Made by a program: the position numbers and the translations under genes. Positions 6,405 through 14,975 of a DNA stretch of 44,934 nt are shown one piece after another (position 1 is the first letter of the stretch; every line of letters starts with the position of its first letter). The stretch lies in IMG/VR virus record IMGVR_UViG_3300045988_069571, positions 1 to 44,934 of that record. The stretch is one strand, 5' to 3'. Source of the stretch: a virus. Below the pieces are notes generated by a model. That model was not told where the DNA came from, searched no databases, and worked only from the letters and a program-made list of their open reading frames with translations.

Positions 6405-6429
6405 AAGAAAATGCTAACAAAAATGCTAA
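6405..6429 (+). repeat. 25-bp direct repeat copy 2
   Basis: Identical to 6175-6199. The pair brackets the tRNA-derived core. Confidence 0.9.
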
Positions 6430-6455
6430 CGGATTTTCAAATGACATAGATAAGA

Positions 6456-6484
6456 GAACACCGCCCTATTAATGGGCGGTGTTC
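6456..6484 (-). terminator. Terminator at the end of the minus-strand cargo genes
   Basis: An 11-bp stem (GAACACCGCCC 6456-6466 / GGGCGGTGTTC 6474-6484) with a 7-nt loop, followed on the minus strand by TCTTATC. Confidence 0.55.
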
Positions 6485-6499
6485 TTATTGTCGCCTTTA

Positions 6500-6898
6500 T
6501 CAATCTCGTTCCAGCTCAGTCATAAAACGACGGATGGCTTCGCGTTCCCTCTCGTTGGTCGCGCTCTCCATCATATCGCGGGCCTGCTCCATCATAGTCT
6601 CGACGGCGTCATGCCTGGAGTACCCGCCGTCACGGCTATAGCCACCCCGGTCATTGCTGTAACCGTCACGGCTATAGTGTCCGCGGACGTAGTGGCGGCG
6701 GCGGTAGCTGGAGCCTCGGCTATAGGAGTCGCCAGAGTAGCCGCCGTCCTCCTCCAGTGCACAGATTTTGTCGATATTCTTAATTGTGTCAGTGAGCTTG
6801 TGGGCCAGCTCCAGGTCGCCCGCACCCAGTTCACCCTTCCGGGCCAGCTCTTCCAGCTCCATCTCGAATTTTTCTTTCAGCTCGTATAGTGCTTTCAT
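6500..6898 (-). CDS. Coiled-coil protein with Arg/Gly/Tyr/Ser-rich repeats (132 aa)
   Basis: ATG at 6898 lies after AAAGGAGAGG; the track's GTG at 6916 has no SD. The central region reads GGYSGDSYSRGSSYRRRHYVRGHYSRDGYSNDRGGYSRDGGYSR. Confidence 0.7.
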   Translation of the reverse strand: MKALYELKEKFEMELEELARKGELGAGDLELAHKLTDTIKNIDKICALEEDGGYSGDSYSRGSSYRRRHYVRGHYSRDGYSNDRGGYSRDGGYSRHDAVETMMEQARDMMESATNEREREAIRRFMTELERD

Positions 6899-6912
6899 GC
6901 TATCCTCTCCTT

Positions 6913-7344
6913 TCACGCCTCACGGCTGACGATAATGTTGGCGTTAACGACTTCGACGGGCTGGGCGGAAATATTCCGAACGGAAATAACTGCCCCGTCT
7001 CTCGTCGCAAACACCTTTGCGGGGATAAATACATTAAAGAAATCCCCGGCAGCAGTTGGCGTCACCGTACCAACCGAGGCGGGTAGCGGCTCACCATCAA
7101 TGGAAATGGCGAGGGAGATCGCGCCAGCAGTACCGCCGGCGGGTACAGCGATGTTAGCCCCAAACATCACCAGATACTTTGCAGTCCTCTGGCAACTGCG
7201 GGCACAAGGGCCGCTCAGACGAATGATGCCTGCACCCTCTCTGTGCGTGATGCAGCCGTTGTTGCAAGTGTCCGGGGTCTCGTTGTAGACCACTGGCTGG
7301 TTGGGCTGTACGACCTGCAAATTGGCATTGGTAAACTCAGCCAT
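6913..7344 (-). CDS. BclA-C-terminal / C1q-TNF-like domain protein (143 aa)
   Basis: The sequence pattern (KYLVMFGANIAVPAGG..ISLAISIDGEPL...VISVRNIS...NANIIV) resembles exosporium BclA-CTD-type jelly rolls. This is from memory, with no search run. Confidence 0.6.
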   Translation of the reverse strand: MAEFTNANLQVVQPNQPVVYNETPDTCNNGCITHREGAGIIRLSGPCARSCQRTAKYLVMFGANIAVPAGGTAGAISLAISIDGEPLPASVGTVTPTAAGDFFNVFIPAKVFATRDGAVISVRNISAQPVEVVNANIIVSREA

Positions 7345-7361
7345 AATCTCAATCCTTTCTG

Positions 7362-7394
7362 AAAAAAATAGCGGCGGGACAATTGCCCCGCCGC
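7362..7394 (-). terminator. Strong intrinsic terminator between the 242-aa and 143-aa genes
   Basis: On the minus strand: GCGGCGGG-GCAATTGT-CCCGCCGC followed by TATTTTTTT (plus A7 at 7362-7368). Confidence 0.65.
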
Positions 7395-7459
7395 GTTTGT
7401 ATCAATATCGGCACGGGGCCGAACATCCAAGGAATCCTCGGAAGTTGATGTATTGGGTT

Positions 7460-8188
7460 TTAGCAGCCGCAGTTATTGTAGCCGCAGCAGCCGGTATAGG
7501 GGTTGGGCACCTGGTAGGCAGGCACGGGCATGGGGTTAATGCGGCGGATCAGCTCGGCGGTCTGGGCTTCCTGATTCGCGGTAATAAAAGCATTCTGGGC
7601 CGCCTGAGAAGCCTGGAACTTCAGGCTCTGGTTCTCAGCAGTCAAAGTAGCGATCTTGTCCTGAGTCAGGAAATCCAAAATCGCCCGGCTGTTGGCGTTG
7701 GCGTTGTCGATGATGTCCCGAGTGGTGTTCTGGATGGTGTTCCGGGTGTCACATGCCTGGGTGGCCATATCGTAGCGGACGCTGTCAATGCTCCGCTGGG
7801 TGTCGCAGCAGCAGGAAGCCAACTGAGCACCCAGGGCATTGAAGCCCGCCTGGGTCTGATAGCCCAGGTTACAAACAGCGGTATCCACACCGTGGAATCC
7901 ACTGGTCACGGCGTCCCGGATGGAGGTCTGACCGTTCTGCAGGCCGTTCAGGGCAAAGCCCTCGTTGATATCAGCGCGGGTAGCGTACCCCTGGAAGCCG
8001 GGGCCGTTCACACCGTTCCCGCCGCCGAAACCGCCATAGCCGCCCCAGCCGCCGAACAGGCCGAAGATAAGGAACAGGATGATCCAACTGGACCAGTCAC
8101 CGCCCCAGCCGAAACCGCCGTTGCCGCCCTGATAGGCGGGCTGAACCGGCATCGTCATAACGGTGCCGCCGTCAGAAGAAAGACTCAT
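7460..8188 (-). CDS. Gly-rich TM / coiled-coil / Cys-rich C-terminus protein (242 aa)
   Basis: SD AAAGGAG lies before the ATG. It has a GGFGWGG...WIILFLIFGLFGGWGGYGGFGGG segment, an internal CCC, and a C-terminal GCCGYNNCGC. No family recognised. Confidence 0.7.
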   Translation of the reverse strand: MSLSSDGGTVMTMPVQPAYQGGNGGFGWGGDWSSWIILFLIFGLFGGWGGYGGFGGGNGVNGPGFQGYATRADINEGFALNGLQNGQTSIRDAVTSGFHGVDTAVCNLGYQTQAGFNALGAQLASCCCDTQRSIDSVRYDMATQACDTRNTIQNTTRDIIDNANANSRAILDFLTQDKIATLTAENQSLKFQASQAAQNAFITANQEAQTAELIRRINPMPVPAYQVPNPYTGCCGYNNCGC

Positions 8189-8218
8189 ACTGATTCTCCT
8201 TTGTTTTTATTTTCAAAA

Positions 8219-8230
8219 CCGTGGCCACGG
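8219..8230. promoter_or_regulatory. Perfect 12-bp palindrome CCGTGGCCACGG in a divergent intergenic region
   Basis: It is flanked by AAAA and ATTTT and lies between the starts of 7460..8188 (-) and 8295..8531 (+). Confidence 0.4.
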
Positions 8231-8294
8231 ATTTTGATTTCATTTCATTTCCTGATGTGATACAATAAAACAAAAATTTTTGGGAGAGACATTC

Positions 8295-8531
8295 ATGAAA
8301 ATAAGGCCTAATAGATTGATTAAAGATAAACTGTGCCAAACTTGCGAAAATTTCACAAATCCAAATTGTCCCAAATATCAAATGATGAAATCTATTTCAT
8401 TGAATATAGAAAAATTTTTAGTTGGAATGACCGTAATAGAAACACCAACAGAAATAACCATAATAGATTGTCCAAAGTATAAAAGAGGGAAATTTTTAAG
8501 CGACTATCTCCCATTTTTGGATAAAGCTTAG
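8295..8531 (+). CDS. Small Cys-containing protein (78 aa) in an AT-rich islet
   Basis: ATG at 8295 lies after GGGAGAG. An extended -10, TGATACAAT (8258-8266), lies upstream. CPKY occurs twice, along with CQTC. The gene is on the opposite strand to its neighbours. Confidence 0.55.
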   Translation: MKIRPNRLIKDKLCQTCENFTNPNCPKYQMMKSISLNIEKFLVGMTVIETPTEITIIDCPKYKRGKFLSDYLPFLDKA

Positions 8532-8753
8532 TTACTTCCCGAACATTCCACGCATCCCCTCAAACATGCCCGACATCTGCTGGGCCTGCTGTTGGACGTG
8601 GTTTAATTGTTCCTGCGAGATTTTTCCGCTTGAGACCATTTCATTGATGATAGCATTGGGGTCTTTGCCCTTCATCTGCTGCATAAACTGTTGAAACTGC
8701 TGCATCATGTTGGGACGGCCACCGCCGCCCATGACTCCGAAAAAGGGCTTCAT
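8532..8753 (-). CDS. Gln/Met-rich small protein (73 aa)
   Basis: SD AAGGAGG upstream. The ATG shares one base with the upstream stop codon. Confidence 0.6.
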   Translation of the reverse strand: MKPFFGVMGGGGRPNMMQQFQQFMQQMKGKDPNAIINEMVSSGKISQEQLNHVQQQAQQMSGMFEGMRGMFGK

Positions 8754-9202
8754 TATGCATCCTCCTTCGCGTTCTTCTTCGCAGTTGTTTTCGGGGCCGC
8801 CAGCGCGTCCACACGGGCCGCCAGGGCCTCCAAATCAGCCTTTGTGGCAAACTCCACACCCTGTGGGGCTTGCGCCGTTCTGGCCCCGCTGGTGCGCTCT
8901 ACGAGGTCATAGACCTTGATGGACGGTTTCCCGCTGGCATCCGCCTGCTTGAGATAGATGGTGGGTGAGTTGCTGTCCCAAAGCGCCACGGCGCTGTTAG
9001 GGGCCACCAGATAGGCCATTGCCTCCGCCTCACCGCTCACCCATACCATGCTCTGGCCGCTGGCCTGCGCCTGCTGGGGCTGTGCCTGCGGCATCTGCTG
9101 GGGCATGGGCTGAAACTGTGCCCCACGGAGCTGTGCAAGCTGATCCGGCATGGGCGGCTGGTAGAATTGCGGCTGCTGGTATCCATAGTAAGGGTAGCTC
9201 AT
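8753..9202 (-). CDS. Protein with a Gln/Pro-rich N-terminus (149 aa)
   Basis: SD AAGGAGG lies before the ATG. No family recognised. Confidence 0.65.
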   Translation of the reverse strand: MSYPYYGYQQPQFYQPPMPDQLAQLRGAQFQPMPQQMPQAQPQQAQASGQSMVWVSGEAEAMAYLVAPNSAVALWDSNSPTIYLKQADASGKPSIKVYDLVERTSGARTAQAPQGVEFATKADLEALAARVDALAAPKTTAKKNAKEDA

Positions 9203-9205
9203 GGG

Positions 9206-9586
9206 TCACGCCTCCTTGTGCCAGTAGTAGAGCGGTATCTCCCCGCCGCTGTCCCAGGTGTCGATCCAATCTCCGTTTTGCACGCACACCACATGGCCGG
9301 ACAGGGCCAGGATATAGGTGCCTTCGGGATGCTCCGCGGCAAAATCGGCCACCGTATAGCAGTCCGGGCAGGAGTTGGGTATCATGTCCCGGTCAAAGCC
9401 ACGGCTGCGCAGGTAGGCCCCCCACACATGGTTGGCCGACGGCATATCCCGCATCATGTAGCCCTGGAGGGCGACGCCCACATAGGTCTCCTCCCAGCTC
9501 TGTCCGAGAGCCTTTGCAATGGCCCGGATGGTGCAGTCCCCTACGTTGCGTCCGTCTGGGTTTTCGTTATGCTGAATGAATCCCAT
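9206..9586 (-). CDS. Putative papain-fold Cys-His(-Asp) peptidase-like protein (126 aa)
   Basis: SD GGAGG upstream. The motifs NVGDCTIRA (Cys), SGHVVCV (His) and DWIDTWD occur in the C-H-D order. The assignment is inference. Confidence 0.6.
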   Translation of the reverse strand: MGFIQHNENPDGRNVGDCTIRAIAKALGQSWEETYVGVALQGYMMRDMPSANHVWGAYLRSRGFDRDMIPNSCPDCYTVADFAAEHPEGTYILALSGHVVCVQNGDWIDTWDSGGEIPLYYWHKEA

Positions 9587-9737
9587 GTTTTGCCTCCAAT
9601 GCTGTCACATATGCCTCCAGGCCCTCGTCATCCCCCTGCGCCATGTACCAGACCGCCGTTTCGGCGGCGCACTCGCGGGACATCCCGGCGGCTACCATCC
9701 TCTCGATTAGAGTCATATCCAACACGTCCTTGTCCAT
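9567..9737 (-). CDS. Possible 56-aa ORF (below track cutoff)
   Basis: My translation begins MDKDVLDMTLIERMVAAGMSRECAAETAVWYMAQGDDEGLEAYVTALEAKHG. No clear SD is present, and it overlaps the next gene by 20 nt. Confidence 0.3.
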   Translation of the reverse strand: MDKDVLDMTLIERMVAAGMSRECAAETAVWYMAQGDDEGLEAYVTALEAKHGIHSA

Positions 9738-9815
9738 AAAAATAAGGAGTCCGTGAGGAGGGCGGCGACGTGTACCAACCCTGTATCCTCACGTCCTCCA
9801 TGTCTATATTGTCGC

Positions 9816-9854
9816 ACAAAAAAACTTCCGCCGGGGGACATCCCAGCGGAAGTT
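9816..9854 (-). terminator. Strong intrinsic terminator ending the structural operon
   Basis: On the minus strand: AACTTCCGC, a 14-nt loop, GCGGAAGTT, then TTTTT. It begins 9 nt after the stop at 9863. Confidence 0.7.
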
Positions 9855-9862
9855 ATGGGGCG

Positions 9863-10123
9863 TTATGTACCTTTTTGGAGGAAGCCCAGCTTTGAGGCCG
9901 TGAACTCCACCTTTTCACAGATAAAAGGCATGTGGCGGTGAATCGTTTTCCGGTCGATTTCGCAGCAGTCGGCAACATCAATCTGAGGCTTTCGCTCCAG
10001 CAAATAGAGCTCCGCGATCCGTGTGTCGTCTTTCCCCAGGTTGGCCTCGCGGATGGAGTGCTTCATTTCGGTGGTGGTCAGTTCCTCCAGCCTTCCGGGG
10101 AACCGAATCAAAGCCTTTGCCAT
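9863..10123 (-). CDS. Small sigma-region-4-like / HTH protein (86 aa)
   Basis: ATG at 10123 lies just after the stop of the giant gene (10128), with GGTGG upstream. The motif RIAELYLLERKPQIDVADCCEIDRKTIHRH looks like an HTH. Confidence 0.55.
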   Translation of the reverse strand: MAKALIRFPGRLEELTTTEMKHSIREANLGKDDTRIAELYLLERKPQIDVADCCEIDRKTIHRHMPFICEKVEFTASKLGFLQKGT

Positions 10124-10127
10124 AGGA

Positions 10128-13100
10128 TTACCACCAGCCCCAGCTATGCCACGGCGCGTCGCTGATGGTGTCCTCATCGTATCCCGCCGCGTAATAGTAT
10201 TTATCCTTCACCTCGTCGCTTACATTCATCTGGTCGATCACATTGAGAACCTTTTTCTTTTCAGAGCCCCGTATGGTTTTCCCATTCTCGTCCTTGTCGC
10301 CCTCAATGTCCACAGTGGCCGCACGGAACAAAATGTAATCTTCCGGGGATAGGCCGCTCTGCGCAGCCGTTTTTACCCATCCGTCCAACTCATAATTGCT
10401 GATCTCGGACTTTGTGGTCTTGTCCGCATACTCATAAACGCTGTCAATGACAAACGCCTTATCGGTATCGCTCATGCTCCGATATGCCGGGTTGTCTATG
10501 ATGTTCCACAGCATTTCAAACTGCATCTGACCCCGCTTGGTGGCGTACTGCTCGTACTTCTCCTTGCTCAGGTCAATCCGCTCCCCGTCCACGGTGATGT
10601 AGCGTTCCGGCCGCTGGGGAACCACTGAGGCGTCTCCTGTCTGGTCATAAATCCTCTGTATCTCCTCGTCCACCGGCGTCACCTGCTTGTTGGAGGTGTA
10701 GGCCGGATTGAGGAAATTGTTTGCCATGCGCAGCCAGAGGGGACCGCTGCTGTCCTCCCTGCCCCATGCGTCGATGTAGGGCATCTGCTGGTAGTCCCAT
10801 CCGGGTATCCTGGCGCTGGCCCGGCCAATGGCATACTGGAGATCGGTTGGCAACCGCAGGTTCTTGTCGGTGTAGGTGGTCATGCGCACGTCCTCGGCGG
10901 AGCGCTCAATCTGTCCGCCAAAGGTGGGGATTGGCTGCGTGAAGTAGCTGACCAGCGCGGAGGAGACCAACGCCCCCAGCTTGTTCTCCGAGAAAGAAAC
11001 ACTGTCAATTACATCGTTGAGGGACTGGAGCATGGACAGCTCCAGCATGGGGTCGGAGATAGATTTCAGGGCGGTGGAAATGCTCTCCGCCGTGTTTCCC
11101 CCCTGTCCCATGGAGTCCATCAGCTCCACGCCCATGAAGAAGGGCAGGGCCTCCGGGGCCAGCCAGTCCAGCGTGACATTCCCGCCGCCGGGCAGGTTCA
11201 GCGCGTAATTCTGTACGCCCGTCAGGTCGTTGATGGCGTCCTGCCCCTCGTCGTCCCCGCCGCCGCTGGTGACAATCCCCTGGGCGAACAAGTACGCTCC
11301 CAGCGCCATGAGCCCCGAGCCGGTGAGTCCGGAGGCGATGTAGTCGATGGCCTCCGCTCCCGTCATCCTGCCGCGCTTTACCTGTATCAGATCGTAGGTC
11401 AGGGCCTTTGCCAGCCCGGCCGGGCTGTACTCCATGCCCCGCACCAGGATATTGGCCGGGGTGCGCTTGAAGGGCAGGACGGCCTCACCGGCGGGCCCCA
11501 GGGCGCGGGCGATCTGCACCACCTTATCCGATACCATATTCCGATCCTGATAGGTGGCCTTCAGCGCCTCCCGTCCCGCGTAGTCCCGCGCCCGGCTGAG
11601 AAGCTGCGTGTCCACCGTGTTGTTCCGCATCTGCTCCGCCGTCACGCCGTTGGACTGGAGATAGCCGGCCAAAGCGTCGGCGTAGGTGATACGCTTGAAA
11701 ATGGCGTCCTCCGCCTCCAGGGCCCAGGAGTTTATCTTGCGACCCGCCTCCAGAGGGGCGGTGCGGAAAATACGGCGGCGGCTGTTGATTTCCGTTCGAA
11801 TGTCGTCATACTTGTTCCCGGAAAGCACGTCCCGCACGTTTGACCAATCGGCCCACGCCGCCTTATAGAGCGCGGGATTGGCCGCGAACGACTTGGTGCG
11901 TCCCAGCCTTCCGCCGCTGATTTTAGAGACCCCCGCCTCAATGGTTGCCGCCACCCGGTCCTTTGTCCAGCGCAATGGCTGGAATCCGACGTTGCCCACG
12001 ATGTTTCGGATGTGCGTCCTTGGGTTAAAGAGCATCGCCATATACCGCCAGGCGTTCCACTTATCCTTCCATTTGGCGGGCACCTGGTCAGCCACGTTCT
12101 GATAGATTTTGTCCAGCACCGCGTCCCGGCCCGCCTGGTCGGTCTTCTGGTTGAACTCCTCAATCAACGACGGGTCAATGGTGATCTCCAAATCCTTGTA
12201 GTTTTTCTGGATGGTCTTTTCCAGCTCGCTCACCACGCGCTTGGCGGCGTAAAGCTGGTCACTGGGAGCCAGCTTGCGCAGGATGGAGGCCGCCTGTACC
12301 GCCTGCCCAGCGGTGGTCTCCATCTGCGCGTAGAGGGAAAGCAGCTCCGCCGTGGCCTTCCCGTCTCCCGCGTTGGCGGCGTTGATGAGAAGCTGCTGGC
12401 CCAGGGTAGCGATGTCTTTGGACACGACGCCCTTGCTCACCGAGTTTCGAAACTCCTCAAGTGCACCCCAAAATTCCTTTTCCTTTATAGTTCTGATTGC
12501 CCGGTTTATCGACGACTTATCGCTCACTCTTTCATAGGACAACTCCCCGCGCAGCACCATGTTCTGGATGTCCCCCACCACCTCGTCAGGGATGGCTTTT
12601 GCCCCCATGGCGGTGGAGGCGGTCTTGCGGATGCGGCGGCCCTGGGGGTCTGTGGTTGGAACGTCCACCGGACGGGCCGCGTTGGCCCCTTCGGGGAAGA
12701 ACTCGCTCCTGGTGCCCTGGAACTCCGACCATGGGTCGAAGCCCTTCCGCGCGGCGCCCACCGAGCTCTCCGGGCCCTGCGCCTGGGTCGGCCCGGCGCC
12801 GGTCTGGTTCTCCACCGGCTGCCTCGCACCCTCCATGATAGTATCCAGCTCTTGGATGTACGCATCGTAATCCTGGAACACTCCGGCGAACTGTGCCCGC
12901 GCGTTCTCCGGATCTGCTTTGTAGTATCCCCAGACCAGGGCATTGAGTTCGTCATAAACGGTGTCCAGCTCTTCCATGGACAGATCAAACAATGTCTTTC
13001 CTGGATATCTGCTTTCAATTACAACGTCCAGAACCCCAGTCGGATCTCCAGTATATGCTATACGTTCACCTACCGTATCCACAAAGCTGCGGTAAGCTTC

Positions 13101-14963
13101 ATTGCCGCGCTGTTTTAGTGCATGGATAATCTCGTGGTTAGGGACAACGGCGGACAACTCCTCCGGGATGGCATCCGAAAGATAAATTACTCCATCCGAT
13201 GTAAGTCCGAGCGTATTCGGCCTGTGTGCTTTTATGACACTATCCTCTACAACAACCGCATCAGGTGTATAGGCTTTTGCCTGTCCAAGCGCACGATTTA
13301 CAGCAGGTGAAGAAGGGTTTTCGACTATGTGCCCCCTGGCCCATTCTCTGATTCTTGCTTGCCCCGCTGCGCCGCTTTCTCCACGGTATACTGCTCCAGC
13401 CGTTTCCGGTATCTGTCCATCTCTTCCGCCGTGTATACCCGCTTCTTCGGCTTGAAGCCGTATAGTCCCTCCACGACCTGTTCCCAGGTCAGATGCTTGT
13501 CTTCGCTCATGCGTTACGCCTCCGTCTGCCCATTCAGCCGTTTCTCGGTTCTCTCTTCCATCAGTTTGTGAAGATGCTCCTTCTCCTCCGGTGTAAGTTC
13601 TCTGACCTCCGCCCCGTACATCTGCTGCATAAACTCCTTGAAGTTCGGGAGCTGCCGTTTCTCTTCCGCCATCATTCACGCCTCCTGTCCGAATATTTTG
13701 TGTGCCTCCATCATAGACCGCCCCGGACGGATTGTCAACGGCGCTGCGCTGGTAGGCGGGGGAGCCGGGCAAATAGACCCGCTTTCCGGCCAGCGCCTCT
13801 TCCCCGGTGGGGAGCATTGTGGCGAGCGGGTTGTCCGCCACATCTCGGTAAGCGGGCGTACTCAACCGTTCCCCGGCCCTGGCCGCGATCTCCGCGTTGG
13901 AACCAATGCTGCGCCGGGTGGAATAGATATCCGAGATTGTCCCCGGAAGCTCCAGGCCGCCCTGGAGCACTCCGGCGGCCACGGCGCCCATGAGCGCGCT
14001 CTGTGCAATCTCCTCCGGCGTGGCGTTGGGGGCGTCCGGGTCATAAATGGCCCGCTGCAAATAGGGGGTGAGGACGGTGGAAAGCGCCTCCTCGCCGCCC
14101 TCGCCTGCGATATCCAGGGCCCGGCTGACCAGGGGGCTTGCCTTGACCGCCTCGGCAATCTTCTTCACCTTGCCGCCGCCCAGGCCGGGGATGCCGCCCG
14201 CGATGCCCTCAATGGCGGTCTCCAAGGCCCCGGAGGCCGCGCCGAAGGCCAGGGCCTGCCCGGATGTCGCCCCCTCCGCTTTGGCCTGGCTGGCCGCATT
14301 GCCTGCCGCCTGGAGGCCGAACAGCGACCGGCCCACGTTCTCCCCGCGGGAAATCGCCTGGGCCGCGTTGAGCCCCTTCCCTGCTGCGGACACGACCTTG
14401 GACGCACCAATACCGGGGAGCATCTGCACGATGGTCTGTCCGATGCCGGTTACATTTTCTGCCCCCTGACTGGGGCGGTATCGCTCACGGATGCTCTCCT
14501 CATAGTCCCGCGTGACGCTGTTCTCCAGGAAGGCGTCAGCGTTCCGCCCGGCCCACTCCGATACCGGGTTGGGGACCAGACCACCCAGGGAGCTGATGCC
14601 CTGCACCCCCTTGTAGAAGCCGCTGCCTATAAAGTCCGTAACGCCCTCTCCCGCGCCGAGCAGAGCGGCTGCCGCCCGCTCGCTGCCATACAGGAACGGG
14701 GAGCCCTCCACGCTCACCCCGCCCGCCAGGAAGCCCCTCTCTCCCGCTTTGGGCAGGGTCAGGGCTTTCCCCTTGCTCTCAGGCAGCGCGGCGGGCGGGG
14801 CGGATTTTACCGTCCGCTGCGCCGGAGCGGGCCCCGCGCCGCCTGCGGCACTCTCCGTCTCCTGACTTTGCCCAATCTGGCGCAGATGATTCAGCCTTTC
14901 ATATACCGACGCTTCGCTGCTTTCCCCACGCAGGCGGTTCAAACGCTCCTGGATACTCGCCAT
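10128..14963 (-). CDS. Giant virion/ejection-type protein (1611 aa) with embedded HExxH zincin-like motif
   Basis: SD AAGGAGG lies before the ATG. It has a Gly/Ala-rich N-terminal third and a disordered Gly/Arg linker. HEIIH is encoded at 13122-13136 within a visibly AT-richer patch. Confidence 0.8.
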   Translation of the reverse strand: MASIQERLNRLRGESSEASVYERLNHLRQIGQSQETESAAGGAGPAPAQRTVKSAPPAALPESKGKALTLPKAGERGFLAGGVSVEGSPFLYGSERAAAALLGAGEGVTDFIGSGFYKGVQGISSLGGLVPNPVSEWAGRNADAFLENSVTRDYEESIRERYRPSQGAENVTGIGQTIVQMLPGIGASKVVSAAGKGLNAAQAISRGENVGRSLFGLQAAGNAASQAKAEGATSGQALAFGAASGALETAIEGIAGGIPGLGGGKVKKIAEAVKASPLVSRALDIAGEGGEEALSTVLTPYLQRAIYDPDAPNATPEEIAQSALMGAVAAGVLQGGLELPGTISDIYSTRRSIGSNAEIAARAGERLSTPAYRDVADNPLATMLPTGEEALAGKRVYLPGSPAYQRSAVDNPSGAVYDGGTQNIRTGGVNDGGRETAAPELQGVYAADVRGGGQRTYTGGEGASSQTDGRENRETAEWADGGVTHERRQASDLGTGRGGTIRLQAEEAGIHGGRDGQIPETAGAVYRGESGAAGQARIREWARGHIVENPSSPAVNRALGQAKAYTPDAVVVEDSVIKAHRPNTLGLTSDGVIYLSDAIPEELSAVVPNHEIIHALKQRGNEAYRSFVDTVGERIAYTGDPTGVLDVVIESRYPGKTLFDLSMEELDTVYDELNALVWGYYKADPENARAQFAGVFQDYDAYIQELDTIMEGARQPVENQTGAGPTQAQGPESSVGAARKGFDPWSEFQGTRSEFFPEGANAARPVDVPTTDPQGRRIRKTASTAMGAKAIPDEVVGDIQNMVLRGELSYERVSDKSSINRAIRTIKEKEFWGALEEFRNSVSKGVVSKDIATLGQQLLINAANAGDGKATAELLSLYAQMETTAGQAVQAASILRKLAPSDQLYAAKRVVSELEKTIQKNYKDLEITIDPSLIEEFNQKTDQAGRDAVLDKIYQNVADQVPAKWKDKWNAWRYMAMLFNPRTHIRNIVGNVGFQPLRWTKDRVAATIEAGVSKISGGRLGRTKSFAANPALYKAAWADWSNVRDVLSGNKYDDIRTEINSRRRIFRTAPLEAGRKINSWALEAEDAIFKRITYADALAGYLQSNGVTAEQMRNNTVDTQLLSRARDYAGREALKATYQDRNMVSDKVVQIARALGPAGEAVLPFKRTPANILVRGMEYSPAGLAKALTYDLIQVKRGRMTGAEAIDYIASGLTGSGLMALGAYLFAQGIVTSGGGDDEGQDAINDLTGVQNYALNLPGGGNVTLDWLAPEALPFFMGVELMDSMGQGGNTAESISTALKSISDPMLELSMLQSLNDVIDSVSFSENKLGALVSSALVSYFTQPIPTFGGQIERSAEDVRMTTYTDKNLRLPTDLQYAIGRASARIPGWDYQQMPYIDAWGREDSSGPLWLRMANNFLNPAYTSNKQVTPVDEEIQRIYDQTGDASVVPQRPERYITVDGERIDLSKEKYEQYATKRGQMQFEMLWNIIDNPAYRSMSDTDKAFVIDSVYEYADKTTKSEISNYELDGWVKTAAQSGLSPEDYILFRAATVDIEGDKDENGKTIRGSEKKKVLNVIDQMNVSDEVKDKYYYAAGYDEDTISDAPWHSWGWW

Positions 14964-14975
14964 ATTCCAGCCTCC

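Noticed and set aside
7301-8260. Other long plus-strand ORFs (7301..8260, 12012..13118, 23998..25128, 25428..26543, 26954..28342, 28542..29642, 30934..32091, 38330..39010, 40458..41264, 43516..44337)
   Set aside because: All lie antisense to minus-strand genes with recognisable motifs or strong SDs. Their translations have the same Arg/Gly/Pro/Leu-biased shadow-frame composition. None has a convincing ribosome-binding site.
9628-9819. The 63-aa minus ORF and the 62-aa plus ORF (9753..9941) around the terminator
   Set aside because: They span a terminator hairpin and an intergenic region, have no SD, and have implausible compositions.
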